Source of the DNA: Anaerolineales bacterium
Lineage (GTDB): Bacteria > Chloroflexota > Anaerolineae > Anaerolineales > Villigracilaceae
DNA: 64,000 nucleotides
Assembly: GCA_014860805.1 (NCBI GenBank)
Contig: JACZJB010000104.1
Span: 13,075 to 77,074 of the forward strand
Reading direction: 5' to 3'
The notes under the pieces were generated by a model, which was given only the letters and a program-made list of their open reading frames with translations, was not told the DNA's origin and searched no databases. Within the stretch, counting starts at the first letter, position 1. The number at the start of each line of letters is the position of its first letter. A program made the translations under genes and the position numbers. Of the stretch, positions 26,185 through 36,583 are shown piece by piece.

Positions 26185-26826
26185 CTAATAGTCGGGGATA
26201 AAATCTTTTTTCATGGCAGGCTTCTTACCAGCCACAGGGCGGATATGCTCAGAAGTCAGCGGATACCAAAGGATGCGGTCAGGCACCATCCAGCCGTCCG
26301 TGAGATATACATTCGAGCGGAATTGCACTGCCACCATTTTATTATCCACTTGAACGACAATGCCCTTGATCCAGCCGCGGATTCGTTCGCGGCTTTTTTC
26401 ATGGTCGCAAAACACCTCCACAGAATCACCCACTTCAAAGGCGTGCTCCAGCCCGGGAGCCTTCATGAAGGCAAATTGATTCACGCGTGTGGAACGCTTA
26501 ATGGGCTTGTGGCGATCCACCAAAGGAATCAAGGTCCGCTTCACGATGGAAGGCGCAGGTTTTGCAACGGCCTGCGTTTTTGCCGCAGCATTCAGCATGG
26601 CAGCCGCAACATTTACCTGCGGCTTCACCTTCGGCTCACTTACAGGGCTGGATTTTACGCCCGGCTTTACAACTTGTTTTTTCAATTTCTTCGCCTTTAC
26701 TTTTGGCTTGTTCGTTGTCTTCGCAGCAGACTTTGCCTTTACCGCCGCCTTGGACTTAAGTGTTACCTTTGCCTTTACATTAGCTTTGGACTTTTGCTTG
26801 GGTTTCGCTTTTGACTTGACTACCAT
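26185..26826 (-). CDS. histone-H1-like Lys/Ala-rich N-terminal tail fused to a Tudor/Agenet/SH3-like C-terminal domain
   Basis: KSKAKPKQKSKANVKAKVTLKSKAAVKAKSAAK..., then GDSVEVFCD...GWIKGIVVQVDNKMVAVQF. ATG at 26826 follows AGGA. Confidence 0.65.
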   Translation of the reverse strand: MVVKSKAKPKQKSKANVKAKVTLKSKAAVKAKSAAKTTNKPKVKAKKLKKQVVKPGVKSSPVSEPKVKPQVNVAAAMLNAAAKTQAVAKPAPSIVKRTLIPLVDRHKPIKRSTRVNQFAFMKAPGLEHAFEVGDSVEVFCDHEKSRERIRGWIKGIVVQVDNKMVAVQFRSNVYLTDGWMVPDRILWYPLTSEHIRPVAGKKPAMKKDFIPDY

Positions 26827-26930
26827 GACACACATCCTGTCTTGAAAATTGAGACGCCCTCCGCCTCATAACTTAACTGTTGGCTGCTCCCACCAAATAG
26901 CCTGACCTAAATCTGAAAATTTATACCACT

Positions 26931-26967
26931 GAAAAACCTGACATGCAGTTTCCCTGCACGTCAGGTT
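26931..26967 (-). terminator. intrinsic terminator/attenuator after sufD, inside the SUF cluster
   Basis: On the minus strand, AACCTGACGTGCAG-GGAAA-CTGCATGTCAGGTT followed by TTTTT. Confidence 0.6.
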
Positions 26968-26975
26968 CAAAACAT

Positions 26976-28322
26976 CTATCCAGATAACTTATCCTGAATG
27001 GCTTGCTGGAATCTTTCACGCACGCCTTCAAACGGGATGCGCTGCATGATCGGGTCGAAGAAACCCTCGACAACCAACTGCTCCGCCTCACGCTGCGGGA
27101 TGCCGCGTGACTTTAAGTAGAAGAGCGGCTCGGCTTCCAGTTTACCAACCGTTGCACCATGTGTACAGCGGACATCGTCTGCGAGAATTTCCAAGCCCGG
27201 GATCGAATCTGCGCGAGCCTGATCATCAAGGACGAGGTTGCGATTTGCCTGATACCCATCCGTCTTTTGTGCGCCAGGCGCCACATAGATCATGCCCTGC
27301 CAGACAGAACGGCTTTTGCCCTTCAAAGCGCCTTTGAACAACAAGTCGCTGGTGGTGTGCGGAGCAAGGTGATTCTGCTGAGTATCGTGATCAAGGTGCT
27401 GGGTTCCGTCTGTAAAATAGAATCCGGACATTCGTCCCACCGAGCCTTCGCCAGCGAGATCAAGATCCGAGAAATTCTTAGTCAATCGGGAACCGACCGC
27501 ACCGAAAATCCAGTCGAGATTGCCGCCACGCTCGACACGAGCGCGTTCGTGGGAGAAGTTCCACACGTGACGTCCCCAGGACTGCAATTCGACAAAACGC
27601 AGGTTGGCATCCTTGCCAACATAGATTTCAACCACGCCGGCGTGCATGGCATGTCCCATTTCATCAGGGGAAGCCGCCTCGTGAACATACGTTACGGAAG
27701 CGCCGTCTTCCACATAAACGATGAGATGAGAGAAATGAGCAAGGTCGGTGCCGGGTCCCCAAAGCACAGAGTGAAGCGGATATTCCACTTGCACATTCTT
27801 GGGAACATAAAGCAACACGCCATTTTGAGCCAGAGCCGAAGCCAGTGCTGCGAACTTGCCATCGTCCGGCTTCACGATCTGGCCGATCAACTTTGCGAGC
27901 AGGTCAGCGTGATTTTTTTCAGCAGTGCGGAAGTCTGTGAAGACCACGCCTTTCTTCGCAAGCTCATCATCCAATTGGATTTGGGAGCCGCCGGGCAGTA
28001 ACGTGATTTGTCCGCCGTGCTGTTCGCCAGTCAATGGCTTGAGCAAATGCTCCGGGACAACTGGCAGATCTTCAAACGCGCCTGCTTTAGGGAGTTTGAA
28101 ATCATCAGCAGGCAATAAACGTAAATCCGTGCGGCGCCAGGCTTCATCTGTGGTGACGGGGAGGGAAAACTTTTTAAAGGAGCCCCAGGCTGAGGCGCGG
28201 AAAGAAGCGAGATCGTTGCTCGACGCAGGGATGTCCGCCTGCGTGAAGGTAAAGTCCTTTGCGGCTGATCCGCGTCGAGTTCTACTTACTGATACTTTTG
28301 GTTTTTCCTGCATGTTAGCCAA
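26976..28322 (-). CDS. sufD: Fe-S cluster assembly protein SufD
   Basis: SufB/D beta-helix C-terminal blocks ([18 protein letters not shown]). Overlaps the end of sufB by 8 nt. Confidence 0.88.
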   Translation of the reverse strand: MANMQEKPKVSVSRTRRGSAAKDFTFTQADIPASSNDLASFRASAWGSFKKFSLPVTTDEAWRRTDLRLLPADDFKLPKAGAFEDLPVVPEHLLKPLTGEQHGGQITLLPGGSQIQLDDELAKKGVVFTDFRTAEKNHADLLAKLIGQIVKPDDGKFAALASALAQNGVLLYVPKNVQVEYPLHSVLWGPGTDLAHFSHLIVYVEDGASVTYVHEAASPDEMGHAMHAGVVEIYVGKDANLRFVELQSWGRHVWNFSHERARVERGGNLDWIFGAVGSRLTKNFSDLDLAGEGSVGRMSGFYFTDGTQHLDHDTQQNHLAPHTTSDLLFKGALKGKSRSVWQGMIYVAPGAQKTDGYQANRNLVLDDQARADSIPGLEILADDVRCTHGATVGKLEAEPLFYLKSRGIPQREAEQLVVEGFFDPIMQRIPFEGVRERFQQAIQDKLSG

Positions 28323-29736
28323 TCGATCCTTCCATTTGAAGTTGGATCAAGCGGTTCATTTCAACTGCGTATTCCATGGGTAATTCCTTGACAAGCGGTT
28401 CGATAAAACCGGAGACCACCATGGTGGTAGCTTCCTCTTCACTGAGACCGCGGGACATGAGATAGAAAAGTTGTTCCTCACCCACTTTGCTGACAGAAGC
28501 TTCATGACCGATGGTCACATCATCTTCATCAATTTCAATGGTGGGATAAGTATCAGAGCGGGATTTGGGGTCGAGCAAAAGCGCGTCACAAACCACGTTG
28601 GATTTGACGCCTTTCGAACCTTTATAGACCTTCACCATACCGCGATAGGAGGCGCGACCGCCGCCCTTGCTGATGGACTTGGAAACGATCTTGCTGGTGG
28701 TGTTGGGTGCGAAGTGCATCATCTTTGAACCGGCGTCTTGAGTTTGCCCGGGACCTGCAAATGCCATGGAAAGCATTTCGCCGTGTGCGCCGGGCTCCAT
28801 CAAATAGCAGGACGGGTATTTCATGGTGAGCTTGGAGCCGAGGTTGGCATCCACCCATTCGTGAGAGGCGTTCGCAAAAACCTTGGCGCGCTGTGTCACG
28901 AGATTGAACACATTGGTTGACCAGTTTTGAATGGTCGAGTAGCGGGAGCGTGCACCCTTCTTGACGACGATCTCGATCACGCCGCTATGGAAGGAATTGG
29001 TGGTGTACTGCGGAGCGGTACACCCTTCCACATAATGCACGGATGCGCCTTCATCTACAATGATAAGGGTGCGCTCGAATTGACCGACGTTGGCAGTGTT
29101 CAAACGGAAATACGCCTGAAGAGGCAGATCCACAGTGACGCCTTTGGGGATGTAAACGAAAGAACCACCAGACCAAACCGCAGAATTGAGAGCGGCAAAT
29201 TTGTTATCCTCGGGCGGGATCACAGTGCCAAAATATTCTTTGAACAAGTCGGGGTATTGTTTCAAACCATCTTCAATGGAAAGGAAGATGACGCCCTGCT
29301 TTTCAAGATGTTCCAAAATGGAATGATAGACCATCTCAGATTCGTACTGCGCGCCCACGCCTGCCAAGAACTTCTGCTCGGCTTCAGGGATGCCCAATTT
29401 GTCGAAAGTATTCTTGATGTCGCTTGGGACATCATTCCAATTCTTCTCGCTTTTTTCGGTCGGCTTGACGTAGTAATAAATTTCGTCAAAGTTGATCTCG
29501 TCAAGAGACGGGCCCCAATTTGGCATGGGACGGGCAATGTAATGCTCGTAGGCTTTGAGGCGGAACTCGAGCATCCACTGCGGCTCATTCTTCATGCGGG
29601 AAATATTTTCAACAACCTCGCGGGTTAATCCACGCTCAGATTTGAAGACATAGTTATCGTCGCGGTCGTGAAAACCATATTTATAATCGCCAATCTCTTC
29701 GAGAATAGATTCGTCAGTTTTAATTTCTTCAGTCAT
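28315..29736 (-). CDS. sufB: Fe-S cluster assembly protein SufB
   Basis: [40 protein letters not shown]. Confidence 0.93.
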   Translation of the reverse strand: MTEEIKTDESILEEIGDYKYGFHDRDDNYVFKSERGLTREVVENISRMKNEPQWMLEFRLKAYEHYIARPMPNWGPSLDEINFDEIYYYVKPTEKSEKNWNDVPSDIKNTFDKLGIPEAEQKFLAGVGAQYESEMVYHSILEHLEKQGVIFLSIEDGLKQYPDLFKEYFGTVIPPEDNKFAALNSAVWSGGSFVYIPKGVTVDLPLQAYFRLNTANVGQFERTLIIVDEGASVHYVEGCTAPQYTTNSFHSGVIEIVVKKGARSRYSTIQNWSTNVFNLVTQRAKVFANASHEWVDANLGSKLTMKYPSCYLMEPGAHGEMLSMAFAGPGQTQDAGSKMMHFAPNTTSKIVSKSISKGGGRASYRGMVKVYKGSKGVKSNVVCDALLLDPKSRSDTYPTIEIDEDDVTIGHEASVSKVGEEQLFYLMSRGLSEEEATTMVVSGFIEPLVKELPMEYAVEMNRLIQLQMEGSIG

Positions 29737-29808
29737 GGGTTATCCTATCGATAAGGGATTGCTTCATCGCCTTGCTGCCAGCGATTCGCAATGACATTAA
29801 GCAACTTC

Positions 29809-30588
29809 CTAGCTTTCTTCGGCTACAGCGTCGTACTTCTCGCGCACCCAGTCGTAGCCCTGGTCTTCGAGATGCAAGGCAAGGTCGGCTCCGCCCGATT
29901 CAACAATGCGGCCGTCCAACATGATGTGGACGAAGTTCGGTTTGATGTAGTTCAAGAGGCGTTGATAATGCGTAATGACGAGCACGCCCAGTTCGGGTCC
30001 AGAAAGAGCGTTGACGCCTTCTGCGACGATGCGCAGCGCATCAATATCCAAGCCTGAATCTGTTTCATCCAAAATGGCAATCTCTGGCTTGAGGGTCGCC
30101 ATCTGCAAAATCTCGGCGCGCTTCTTTTCACCACCGGAAAAACCGTCGTTGAGGTAGCGTCCCGCAAAATTGTGATCCATCTTAAGCGTGTCCATCTTTC
30201 CTTTTAACATCTTGCGGAATTCAGGAATGGGCATGCCTTTATCTTCGGGGTTTTCGGCGCGGCGGCGGGAGTTGATGGCAGTCCGCAAAAAGTTTGCCAC
30301 AGTGACACCTGGGATGGCTACTGGATACTGGAAAGCAAGAAAAATACCGGCACGTGAACGTTCGTCTGGCTCAAGATCGAGTACGTTCTTTCCTTTAAAG
30401 ATAATTTCGCCTTCTGTGACAGTGTAGTTGGGGTGACCCATTAATGTGTACGCAAGTGTGGATTTACCCGTGCCATTCGGCCCCATGATCGCGTGGATCT
30501 CACCTTGATTGATCGTGAGCGAAAGCCCCTTTAGAATTTCCTTGTCTTCAATGCTAACGTGCAGATTCTTGATCTCAAGTTGCGACAT
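29809..30588 (-). CDS. sufC: Fe-S cluster assembly ATPase SufC
   Basis: GPNGTGKST Walker A, FSGGEKKR signature, [10 protein letters not shown] Walker B. Confidence 0.95.
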   Translation of the reverse strand: MSQLEIKNLHVSIEDKEILKGLSLTINQGEIHAIMGPNGTGKSTLAYTLMGHPNYTVTEGEIIFKGKNVLDLEPDERSRAGIFLAFQYPVAIPGVTVANFLRTAINSRRRAENPEDKGMPIPEFRKMLKGKMDTLKMDHNFAGRYLNDGFSGGEKKRAEILQMATLKPEIAILDETDSGLDIDALRIVAEGVNALSGPELGVLVITHYQRLLNYIKPNFVHIMLDGRIVESGGADLALHLEDQGYDWVREKYDAVAEES

Positions 30589-30665
30589 TCTTTTATAGCT
30601 CCTAAGAAATACCGCCTCCGCGGTATGAATTAAGCCATTGCTGGCGTTTTTACTAATTTTGAAGC

Positions 30666-30694
30666 ATTATAGCAGGGCTGGGTAGATTTGTCAA
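30666..30694 (-). promoter_or_regulatory. consensus sigma-70-type promoter of the suf operon (TTGACA-17 bp-TATAAT)
   Basis: On the minus strand, TTGACA (30694-30689), a 17-bp spacer, then TATAAT (30671-30666). This lies about 75 nt upstream of the sufC ATG. Confidence 0.7.
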
Positions 30695-30720
30695 TATTTA
30701 TGATATTTTTCTAGTATATT
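30693..30720. promoter_or_regulatory. 28-bp AT-rich element, copy 1 (AATATTTATGATATTTTTCTAGTATATT), abutting the suf -35
   Basis: 27/28 identical to 36519-36546. Confidence 0.6.
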
Positions 30721-30817
30721 CAAACGAAGAGTTTAAGACATTATTCCGTTGACAAAGCGCAAAAAACAGCGGAAAATTGAAGGGTGGCACAAGTTCACCC
30801 TGATAAGGAGGGTTATC

Positions 30818-33250
30818 ATGAAAAAGTCAACCCGCATCGCACTAACCATCATCTTTTTACTTTCACTACTTGGAATCACCCCATTCCAGCATGTTCAAGC
30901 AGCTACAGTATGGGTTGTTACCAATACGAACGATAACGGAACAGGATCGCTCAGGCAGGCAGCTATGGATGCCTCCAATGGCGATACGATTAAATTTCAT
31001 TCTTCCCTTGCAGGCAAGACCATCCATTTTGCCTCTGAACTTCAAATTGACAAATCTATCACGATTGATGGTTCGAACCTGAATCCACGCATTACGCTCA
31101 GCGGTGATACCGATAATAATGGAACTAGCGATGTCCAGATCATGACCATTACAACCAACGGCAATGTACGAATCCTGGGTTTGGATTTTACCAATGGGAA
31201 AAAAGGCATTTCTTTCACAGGTGGTATTGCAAATTTTGGCCTGCTTGAGATCAGCGCCTGCAAATTCTCAGGTAATACAGGGGATATGGGTGGAGCGCTA
31301 CTGAACAGGGGCAACTTGACCATTCAGGATTGTGAATTCATTGACAATTATGCACATGATGGCGGGGCAATCTTTAACGACATAGGATCCACTGCAACGA
31401 TCAGCGATACCCTGTTTGTTCAAAATACAGCCGACACTATGTATGGCGGTGGAGGCGCGATCGGCAATATTGGAAATCTTCTGGTTACATATAGTGAGTT
31501 CAGTGAGAACATAGCTGCAAATGGAGGGGCGGTCGTCAACGCACGCGATGGCAACACAACGATCTCACAGACCACCTTTACAGCTAACGCAGCAACAACT
31601 GAAAGTGGCGGCGCTATTTTCAATATAAACGGTACAATGACAATCTCCGCATCATTCAACGGAAATACGGCCACAAAAAATGGAGGCGCAATTTTCATCG
31701 AAAATGGAACTGTGAATGTCGAAAATAGCTACTTCTCAGAAAACACCGCAAGTTTGGACGGCGGAGGGGCGATCTTCAACAATCTCAATTCAACTGCGAC
31801 TATCTTTGACAGTGCTTTCAACAAAAACAACGCAAGCGGCACATTTGGTGGCGGAGGCGCAATCGCAAATGTTGGCAGCCTAACTGTCAGTAGAAGTGAC
31901 TTTACACACAATACATCAGTCGATGGTGGAGGTGCAATTTTGGCAGGAGGAGACACTACAATATACAATACCAACTTTTCATCAAATACAACGGGGCTTG
32001 GAGGTGGCGGAGCAATATTAAGTTGGATCAATATCACAATAGAGAACTCGTCATTCAGTTCAAACATAGCCACTGGGTACGGGGCATCTGGCGGAGCGAT
32101 TAACCATCCTTCAGATGGTAACATAACCATATCACAAAGCACATTTTCCAATAACACCGCTAATGGCGGTGGAGCAATAAGTCTGGGAAGGCAAAATTAT
32201 CCATATCCCGCAACATCACCAACACTCTCAATTTCAAACACTGTTATATCAAACAATCACGCAGACTTTGGAGGCGGGTTACTCATACTTGCAGGGACTA
32301 CAACTGTAAACAATACTACCATCTCAGAAAATTCATCCGAAGATGTTGGAGGCATTGTAAATTCCGCATTTGGAAACCTCACAATAATCAATAGTACTGT
32401 TGATAACAATTCCGTCATTAACACAAACAGTCCTGCTGGCATCCTAACCGAAGGCCCAATAAGCATAATCAATAGCACAATTGCAAACAATTTGGGGTCA
32501 GCCATCCAATCGTACGGAGAAACCAACATTATTAACAGTACCATTGCGGGAAATATTGCTTACGGTATCCGCCACTACTCTGGCGTCTTAGTCTTGAAAA
32601 ATTCTATTCTTGCAAACAACTGGTGGGACTGCACACTGGAAATAGGCGGTTCGATTGGAGAATCTCAGAACAATGTAATTGAAGAAAATTTTTGTGGGAT
32701 AGCTAATTTGGATAGTGATCCGAAACTAGGTCCATTGGCAAACAATGGAGGCGCCACACAAACCATGGCCTTGCTCCGCGGCTCTCCAGCGATTGACGCG
32801 GGTGATGATTCAGTTTGTCCCACCACCGACCAGCGCGGGATTACCCGTCCAAAAGGCAGCCATTGTGATATTGGTGCATATGAATTTGAAAACAAACCTG
32901 ACTTGATTATTACAAACGTAACCATAAATCCGGTTACTCCGGGTGTCAATCAAACTTTCGAAGTAAATATCACTGTCAAGAATCAAGGAGGCGAAACAGG
33001 CTCTAATATTGTATACAGGGATGTGTATATTGACAGGGATCCTTCCACCCTGATTAATCCCACCACGGGCTGTCCCCCTCCCGGCGATTTCTTCAGGGCT
33101 GATTACTTTACAAACCTTCCTGAGGGATGGGTTGATACAAAAACTATTACCATTACCGGGGGACTCCCTAAAGGTAGTTACCAGCTTTGGGTTTATGTAG
33201 ATTCACGCTGCCTGATTGACGAAGGTGGCGGAAGCAACAATACTCCGTAG
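30818..33250 (+). CDS. large secreted right-handed beta-helix protein (Pmp-type GGAI repeats, choice-of-anchor-Q-like region, C-terminal CARDB-like domain)
   Basis: Signal peptide [18 protein letters not shown]. More than 10 GGAI/GGAL repeats. [21 protein letters not shown]. Start ATG 30818 follows AAGGAGGG. Confidence 0.8.
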   Translation: MKKSTRIALTIIFLLSLLGITPFQHVQAATVWVVTNTNDNGTGSLRQAAMDASNGDTIKFHSSLAGKTIHFASELQIDKSITIDGSNLNPRITLSGDTDNNGTSDVQIMTITTNGNVRILGLDFTNGKKGISFTGGIANFGLLEISACKFSGNTGDMGGALLNRGNLTIQDCEFIDNYAHDGGAIFNDIGSTATISDTLFVQNTADTMYGGGGAIGNIGNLLVTYSEFSENIAANGGAVVNARDGNTTISQTTFTANAATTESGGAIFNINGTMTISASFNGNTATKNGGAIFIENGTVNVENSYFSENTASLDGGGAIFNNLNSTATIFDSAFNKNNASGTFGGGGAIANVGSLTVSRSDFTHNTSVDGGGAILAGGDTTIYNTNFSSNTTGLGGGGAILSWINITIENSSFSSNIATGYGASGGAINHPSDGNITISQSTFSNNTANGGGAISLGRQNYPYPATSPTLSISNTVISNNHADFGGGLLILAGTTTVNNTTISENSSEDVGGIVNSAFGNLTIINSTVDNNSVINTNSPAGILTEGPISIINSTIANNLGSAIQSYGETNIINSTIAGNIAYGIRHYSGVLVLKNSILANNWWDCTLEIGGSIGESQNNVIEENFCGIANLDSDPKLGPLANNGGATQTMALLRGSPAIDAGDDSVCPTTDQRGITRPKGSHCDIGAYEFENKPDLIITNVTINPVTPGVNQTFEVNITVKNQGGETGSNIVYRDVYIDRDPSTLINPTTGCPPPGDFFRADYFTNLPEGWVDTKTITITGGLPKGSYQLWVYVDSRCLIDEGGGSNNTP

Positions 33251-33271
33251 CGGTCAAGAATCGCTCTTTAT

Positions 33272-33307
33272 ACCTCCTTCTCCCACCCGGAGAAGGAGGT
33301 TTTTTTT
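33272..33307 (+). terminator. intrinsic terminator
   Basis: ACCTCCTTCTCC-CACCC-GGAGAAGGAGGT followed by TTTTTTT. Confidence 0.85.
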
Positions 33308-33429
33308 AAGCAATAGAATCACAATCAATTAAAGCCAGCCAAGCAAGCATATCAAGTTCATTCCACAGTGTGGTGCAATAGAAATTTGGCCCTACAATCG
33401 GAACATTCATCATGGTTATGGAGTTGCTT

Positions 33430-36400
33430 ATGAAAACATTCCTCCCTCGCTCAACATTCTTACTTTTATTTCTGGCTATACTTTTATCAGCCGCCCAACC
33501 TCATTCCCCCGCCCGCGCCCAAAGTGACAAAATCACTTTTGCCGTGATCGGAGATTACGGCCTTGCGGGACAAAACGAGGCAGACGTGGCAAATCTCGTA
33601 AAGAGTTGGAACCCTGACTTCATCGTCACAACCGGGGATAATAACTACAACGACGGAGCTGCCTGGTCCATCGACCAGAATATCGGCCAGTATTATCAAG
33701 AATTTATTTATCCATACACAGGGAAATATGGAGCGGGCTCTCCCACAAGAAGGTTTTTTCCATCGCTGGGGAATCATGATTACGGGGGCGACAACGACGC
33801 CAATGCATATTTCAAATATTTTGGCTTTTATAAACAGGAAAGCTTTTACGATTTCGTTCAGGGACCTGTCCACTTTTTTATCGTGAACAGCAATAAGGAA
33901 GAACCGGACGGGTACAAGTCAAATTCCACACAGGCAAAATGGTTAAAGAAAGTCTTGACTGCGTCCACGTCTCCGTTCAATATAGTGGTATTTCACCACC
34001 CTCCGTATTCTTCAGGCAGGCATGGCTCCAACGAATACATGCGCTGGCCATTCAAGGAATGGGGCGCAGACGCAGTGATTGCCGGGCATGATCATATTTA
34101 CGAAAGATTGCTTGTAGACGAATTGCCTTATTTCGTAAACGGGATCGGCGGCGCAGAGTTATATCGTTTTGAAACCATTCTGCCGCAAAGCCAGGTACGC
34201 TACAACCAGGATTTTGGGGCAATGCGCGTGGAAGCATCCAGCACGTATATGAAATTCCACGCAATCACGCGGACTGGATTGCTGATCGACGAATATGTCA
34301 TTGGTCAGAACTACCCTACCGTCACAAGCATTACGCCAGTCAGTCAATCCCCAACAAATGCGAACAGCCTCAACTTCCAGGTCACTTTTTCGGAGGCAGT
34401 GTCAGGCGTGGATGCTGCCGACTTTGCACTCACTACCAATCTCAGCGGGGCGGCCATTGAAACCATCAGCGGGACTGGAAATACATATCTTGTTTCAGTA
34501 AACACAGGAACCGGTGATGGAACCCTGCGCCTCGACCTAACGGACGACGACTCAGTCACGAACAGCATGAACAACCCTCTTGGCGGACCGGGCATTGGCA
34601 ACGGAAACTTTTCGAACGGTCAAGCATACACAGTGGACAAAACCGCACCCAGCGTTGCATCAATTGTTCGCGCTGGCGGAAGCCCGACAAACGCGGGCAG
34701 TGTGGATTTTTCCATCGTTTTTTCCGAGGCAGTCAACGGCGTAGACCTTTCTGATTTTGCACTCACAACCAGCGCAGGCGCCTCCTTCATTAATATGAAC
34801 GGGTCTGGCAACTCCTATGTTGTTTCCATCGCCACAGGCACAGGCGACGATACAATAAAACTAGATTTTATCGACAACGACAGCGTCACTGACCTGGCAG
34901 GTAACGCCACAACTGCAGGCTTTTCCAGCGGGGAAATTTATTCAATAGATCGCAGCGTGCCATTCGTTACATCCATTGTCCGCGCAAACCCAAACCAGGC
35001 AAACTCTTCCAATGTGGATTTCACTGTCAGTTTTTCAGAAGCAGTTAACGGCGTAGATAGAAGCGATTTCTTCCTTTCCACATTGAATGGAGCAACGATC
35101 AATACTGTTTCTGGCAGCGGCAGCGTTTATAACATTTCAGTGTCCACTCAGCCCGGTAACGACACGATCCGCCTTGACCTGATCGACAACGACAGCATTT
35201 TTGACAACGCGGGAAACATGCTTGGCAGCCCAGGGAGTGGAAACGGAAATTTCACCAACGGTGAAACTGTCACGTTCAGTCAGTATGCGCCGATAGTGAC
35301 TTCGATTACGCGAGCCAGTTACAACCCCACCAGCGCCGCAAGCGTGGATTTTATTGTCACATTTTCTGAAAGCGTGACCGGCGTGGATGCATCCGATTTT
35401 ATTTTGACAGGAATTCCCAATACATCGATATTGAATGTCAACAATTCAAACCCCTTCTATGTTGTTACAGTTAGCACAGGCGCAGCGGAAGGCGAATTAA
35501 AGCTTGACCTCGTGGATGATGACAGCATTCAAAACGCTTCAGGAGTCCAATTAGGTGGAGAAGGAATTGGAAACGCAAATTACACAAGCGGCGAAAAATA
35601 TTCTATCGACAGAACTCCCCCGCGGGTCACTTCGATCGTGCGCGCAAGCAACAACCCCACCATCAATTCCAGCGTGGATTTCATTGTCACGTTTTCAGAA
35701 CCCGTTGCAGGTGTGGACGCATCCGATTTTCGTTCCAACACAACAAACTTAAACTCAGTCGTTACAAATTTTCAAAGTGCAAATCCGTTCTTCGTGGTGA
35801 CGTTAAACGTCGGGGCAGGCTCCGGCACACTTCGTCTTGACCTGAGCGATAACGGCAGCATTACCGACCTTGCCGGGAACAAACTGATCGATGGAAATTT
35901 TACGAACGGAGAATCATTTACCGTCGCAAAAATAACTGTCAATTTTCCTGCGCCGAATATTTTGAGCCGTACCACACTGACAAACAACCCAAGACCGAAC
36001 TTTTCCTGGGGCACTGTCCGCAATGCTCAAGCGTATGAGATCTTCATTGCGCAAGATGCCAGCTTCACGCAAATTGTGTGGGTTCAAACCATCAATCAGA
36101 CAAATTTTACGCCAGTCTCTCCGCTGGCAGACGGAACATACTTCATGCAGGTGCGGGCGTACAACGCCGCTGGATCACCCGGAAAATTCAGCAAACGATA
36201 TATCATCACAATAGACACCACGCCTCCCCCTGCGCCGACACTTGTCAGCCCGCCCAATAACACAAACGCCCCGACACAACCCACATTGCAATGGAACCCG
36301 GTAAACGGCACAGTGCAGTACCAAATTGAGTTGGACAACAATTCGGATTTCTCAAGCCCCGAGTTTAGAGATACAACAAGCAAAACCTCCATTCGGACGA

Positions 36401-36501
36401 AAACTCTTGCCAAAGGCTCAACCTACTACTGGCGGGTTCGCGCAAAGGATAAAGTTGGAAATTGGAGTAGTTGGTCTGTATTTTCAGTAAACATACGATA
36501 A
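33430..36501 (+). CDS. secreted calcineurin-like metallophosphoesterase with five tandem Ig-like repeats of about 105 aa and two FN3-like domains
   Basis: FAVIGDYG, GDNNY, GNHDY, VVFHHPPYSS, GHDHIYE. The repeats share the pattern TSIVRA..NPT..SVDF.V.FSE.V.GVD.SDF. Alternative start at 33412. Confidence 0.8.
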   Translation: MKTFLPRSTFLLLFLAILLSAAQPHSPARAQSDKITFAVIGDYGLAGQNEADVANLVKSWNPDFIVTTGDNNYNDGAAWSIDQNIGQYYQEFIYPYTGKYGAGSPTRRFFPSLGNHDYGGDNDANAYFKYFGFYKQESFYDFVQGPVHFFIVNSNKEEPDGYKSNSTQAKWLKKVLTASTSPFNIVVFHHPPYSSGRHGSNEYMRWPFKEWGADAVIAGHDHIYERLLVDELPYFVNGIGGAELYRFETILPQSQVRYNQDFGAMRVEASSTYMKFHAITRTGLLIDEYVIGQNYPTVTSITPVSQSPTNANSLNFQVTFSEAVSGVDAADFALTTNLSGAAIETISGTGNTYLVSVNTGTGDGTLRLDLTDDDSVTNSMNNPLGGPGIGNGNFSNGQAYTVDKTAPSVASIVRAGGSPTNAGSVDFSIVFSEAVNGVDLSDFALTTSAGASFINMNGSGNSYVVSIATGTGDDTIKLDFIDNDSVTDLAGNATTAGFSSGEIYSIDRSVPFVTSIVRANPNQANSSNVDFTVSFSEAVNGVDRSDFFLSTLNGATINTVSGSGSVYNISVSTQPGNDTIRLDLIDNDSIFDNAGNMLGSPGSGNGNFTNGETVTFSQYAPIVTSITRASYNPTSAASVDFIVTFSESVTGVDASDFILTGIPNTSILNVNNSNPFYVVTVSTGAAEGELKLDLVDDDSIQNASGVQLGGEGIGNANYTSGEKYSIDRTPPRVTSIVRASNNPTINSSVDFIVTFSEPVAGVDASDFRSNTTNLNSVVTNFQSANPFFVVTLNVGAGSGTLRLDLSDNGSITDLAGNKLIDGNFTNGESFTVAKITVNFPAPNILSRTTLTNNPRPNFSWGTVRNAQAYEIFIAQDASFTQIVWVQTINQTNFTPVSPLADGTYFMQVRAYNAAGSPGKFSKRYIITIDTTPPPAPTLVSPPNNTNAPTQPTLQWNPVNGTVQYQIELDNNSDFSSPEFRDTTSKTSIRTKTLAKGSTYYWRVRAKDKVGNWSSWSVFSVNIR

Positions 36502-36518
36502 CTGGTCAAACCAGACAA

Positions 36519-36546
36519 AATATTTATGATATTTATCTAGTATATT
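36519..36546. promoter_or_regulatory. 28-bp AT-rich element, copy 2 (AATATTTATGATATTTATCTAGTATATT), abutting the sufR -35
   Basis: 27/28 identical to 30693-30720, in the same orientation. Confidence 0.6.
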
Positions 36547-36573
36547 GACAGGAACATACAGGGCAGTTATACT
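36545..36573 (+). promoter_or_regulatory. sigma-70-type promoter of sufR (TTGACA-17 bp-TATACT), predicting a leaderless or near-leaderless mRNA
   Basis: TTGACA at 36545-36550 and TATACT at 36568-36573. The ATG is at 36581. Confidence 0.6.
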
Positions 36574-36583
36574 GCCCTGTATG
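36555..36583. promoter_or_regulatory. perfect 13-bp inverted repeat (CATACAGGGCAGT-TAT-ACTGCCCTGTATG) spanning the -10 box and start codon of sufR
   Basis: Read directly. Candidate autoregulatory operator. Confidence 0.55.

Noticed and set aside
26089-29628. Long plus-strand ORFs (26089-26814, 27159-28001, 28927-29628)
   Set aside because: They are shadow frames opposite sufS, the H1-like gene, sufD and sufB, whose identities are unambiguous.
31042-32544. Several 90-140-aa minus-strand ORFs inside the beta-helix gene
   Set aside because: They are artefacts of the repetitive GGxGAI-coding DNA. The plus-strand frame is continuous with a signal peptide and domain logic.
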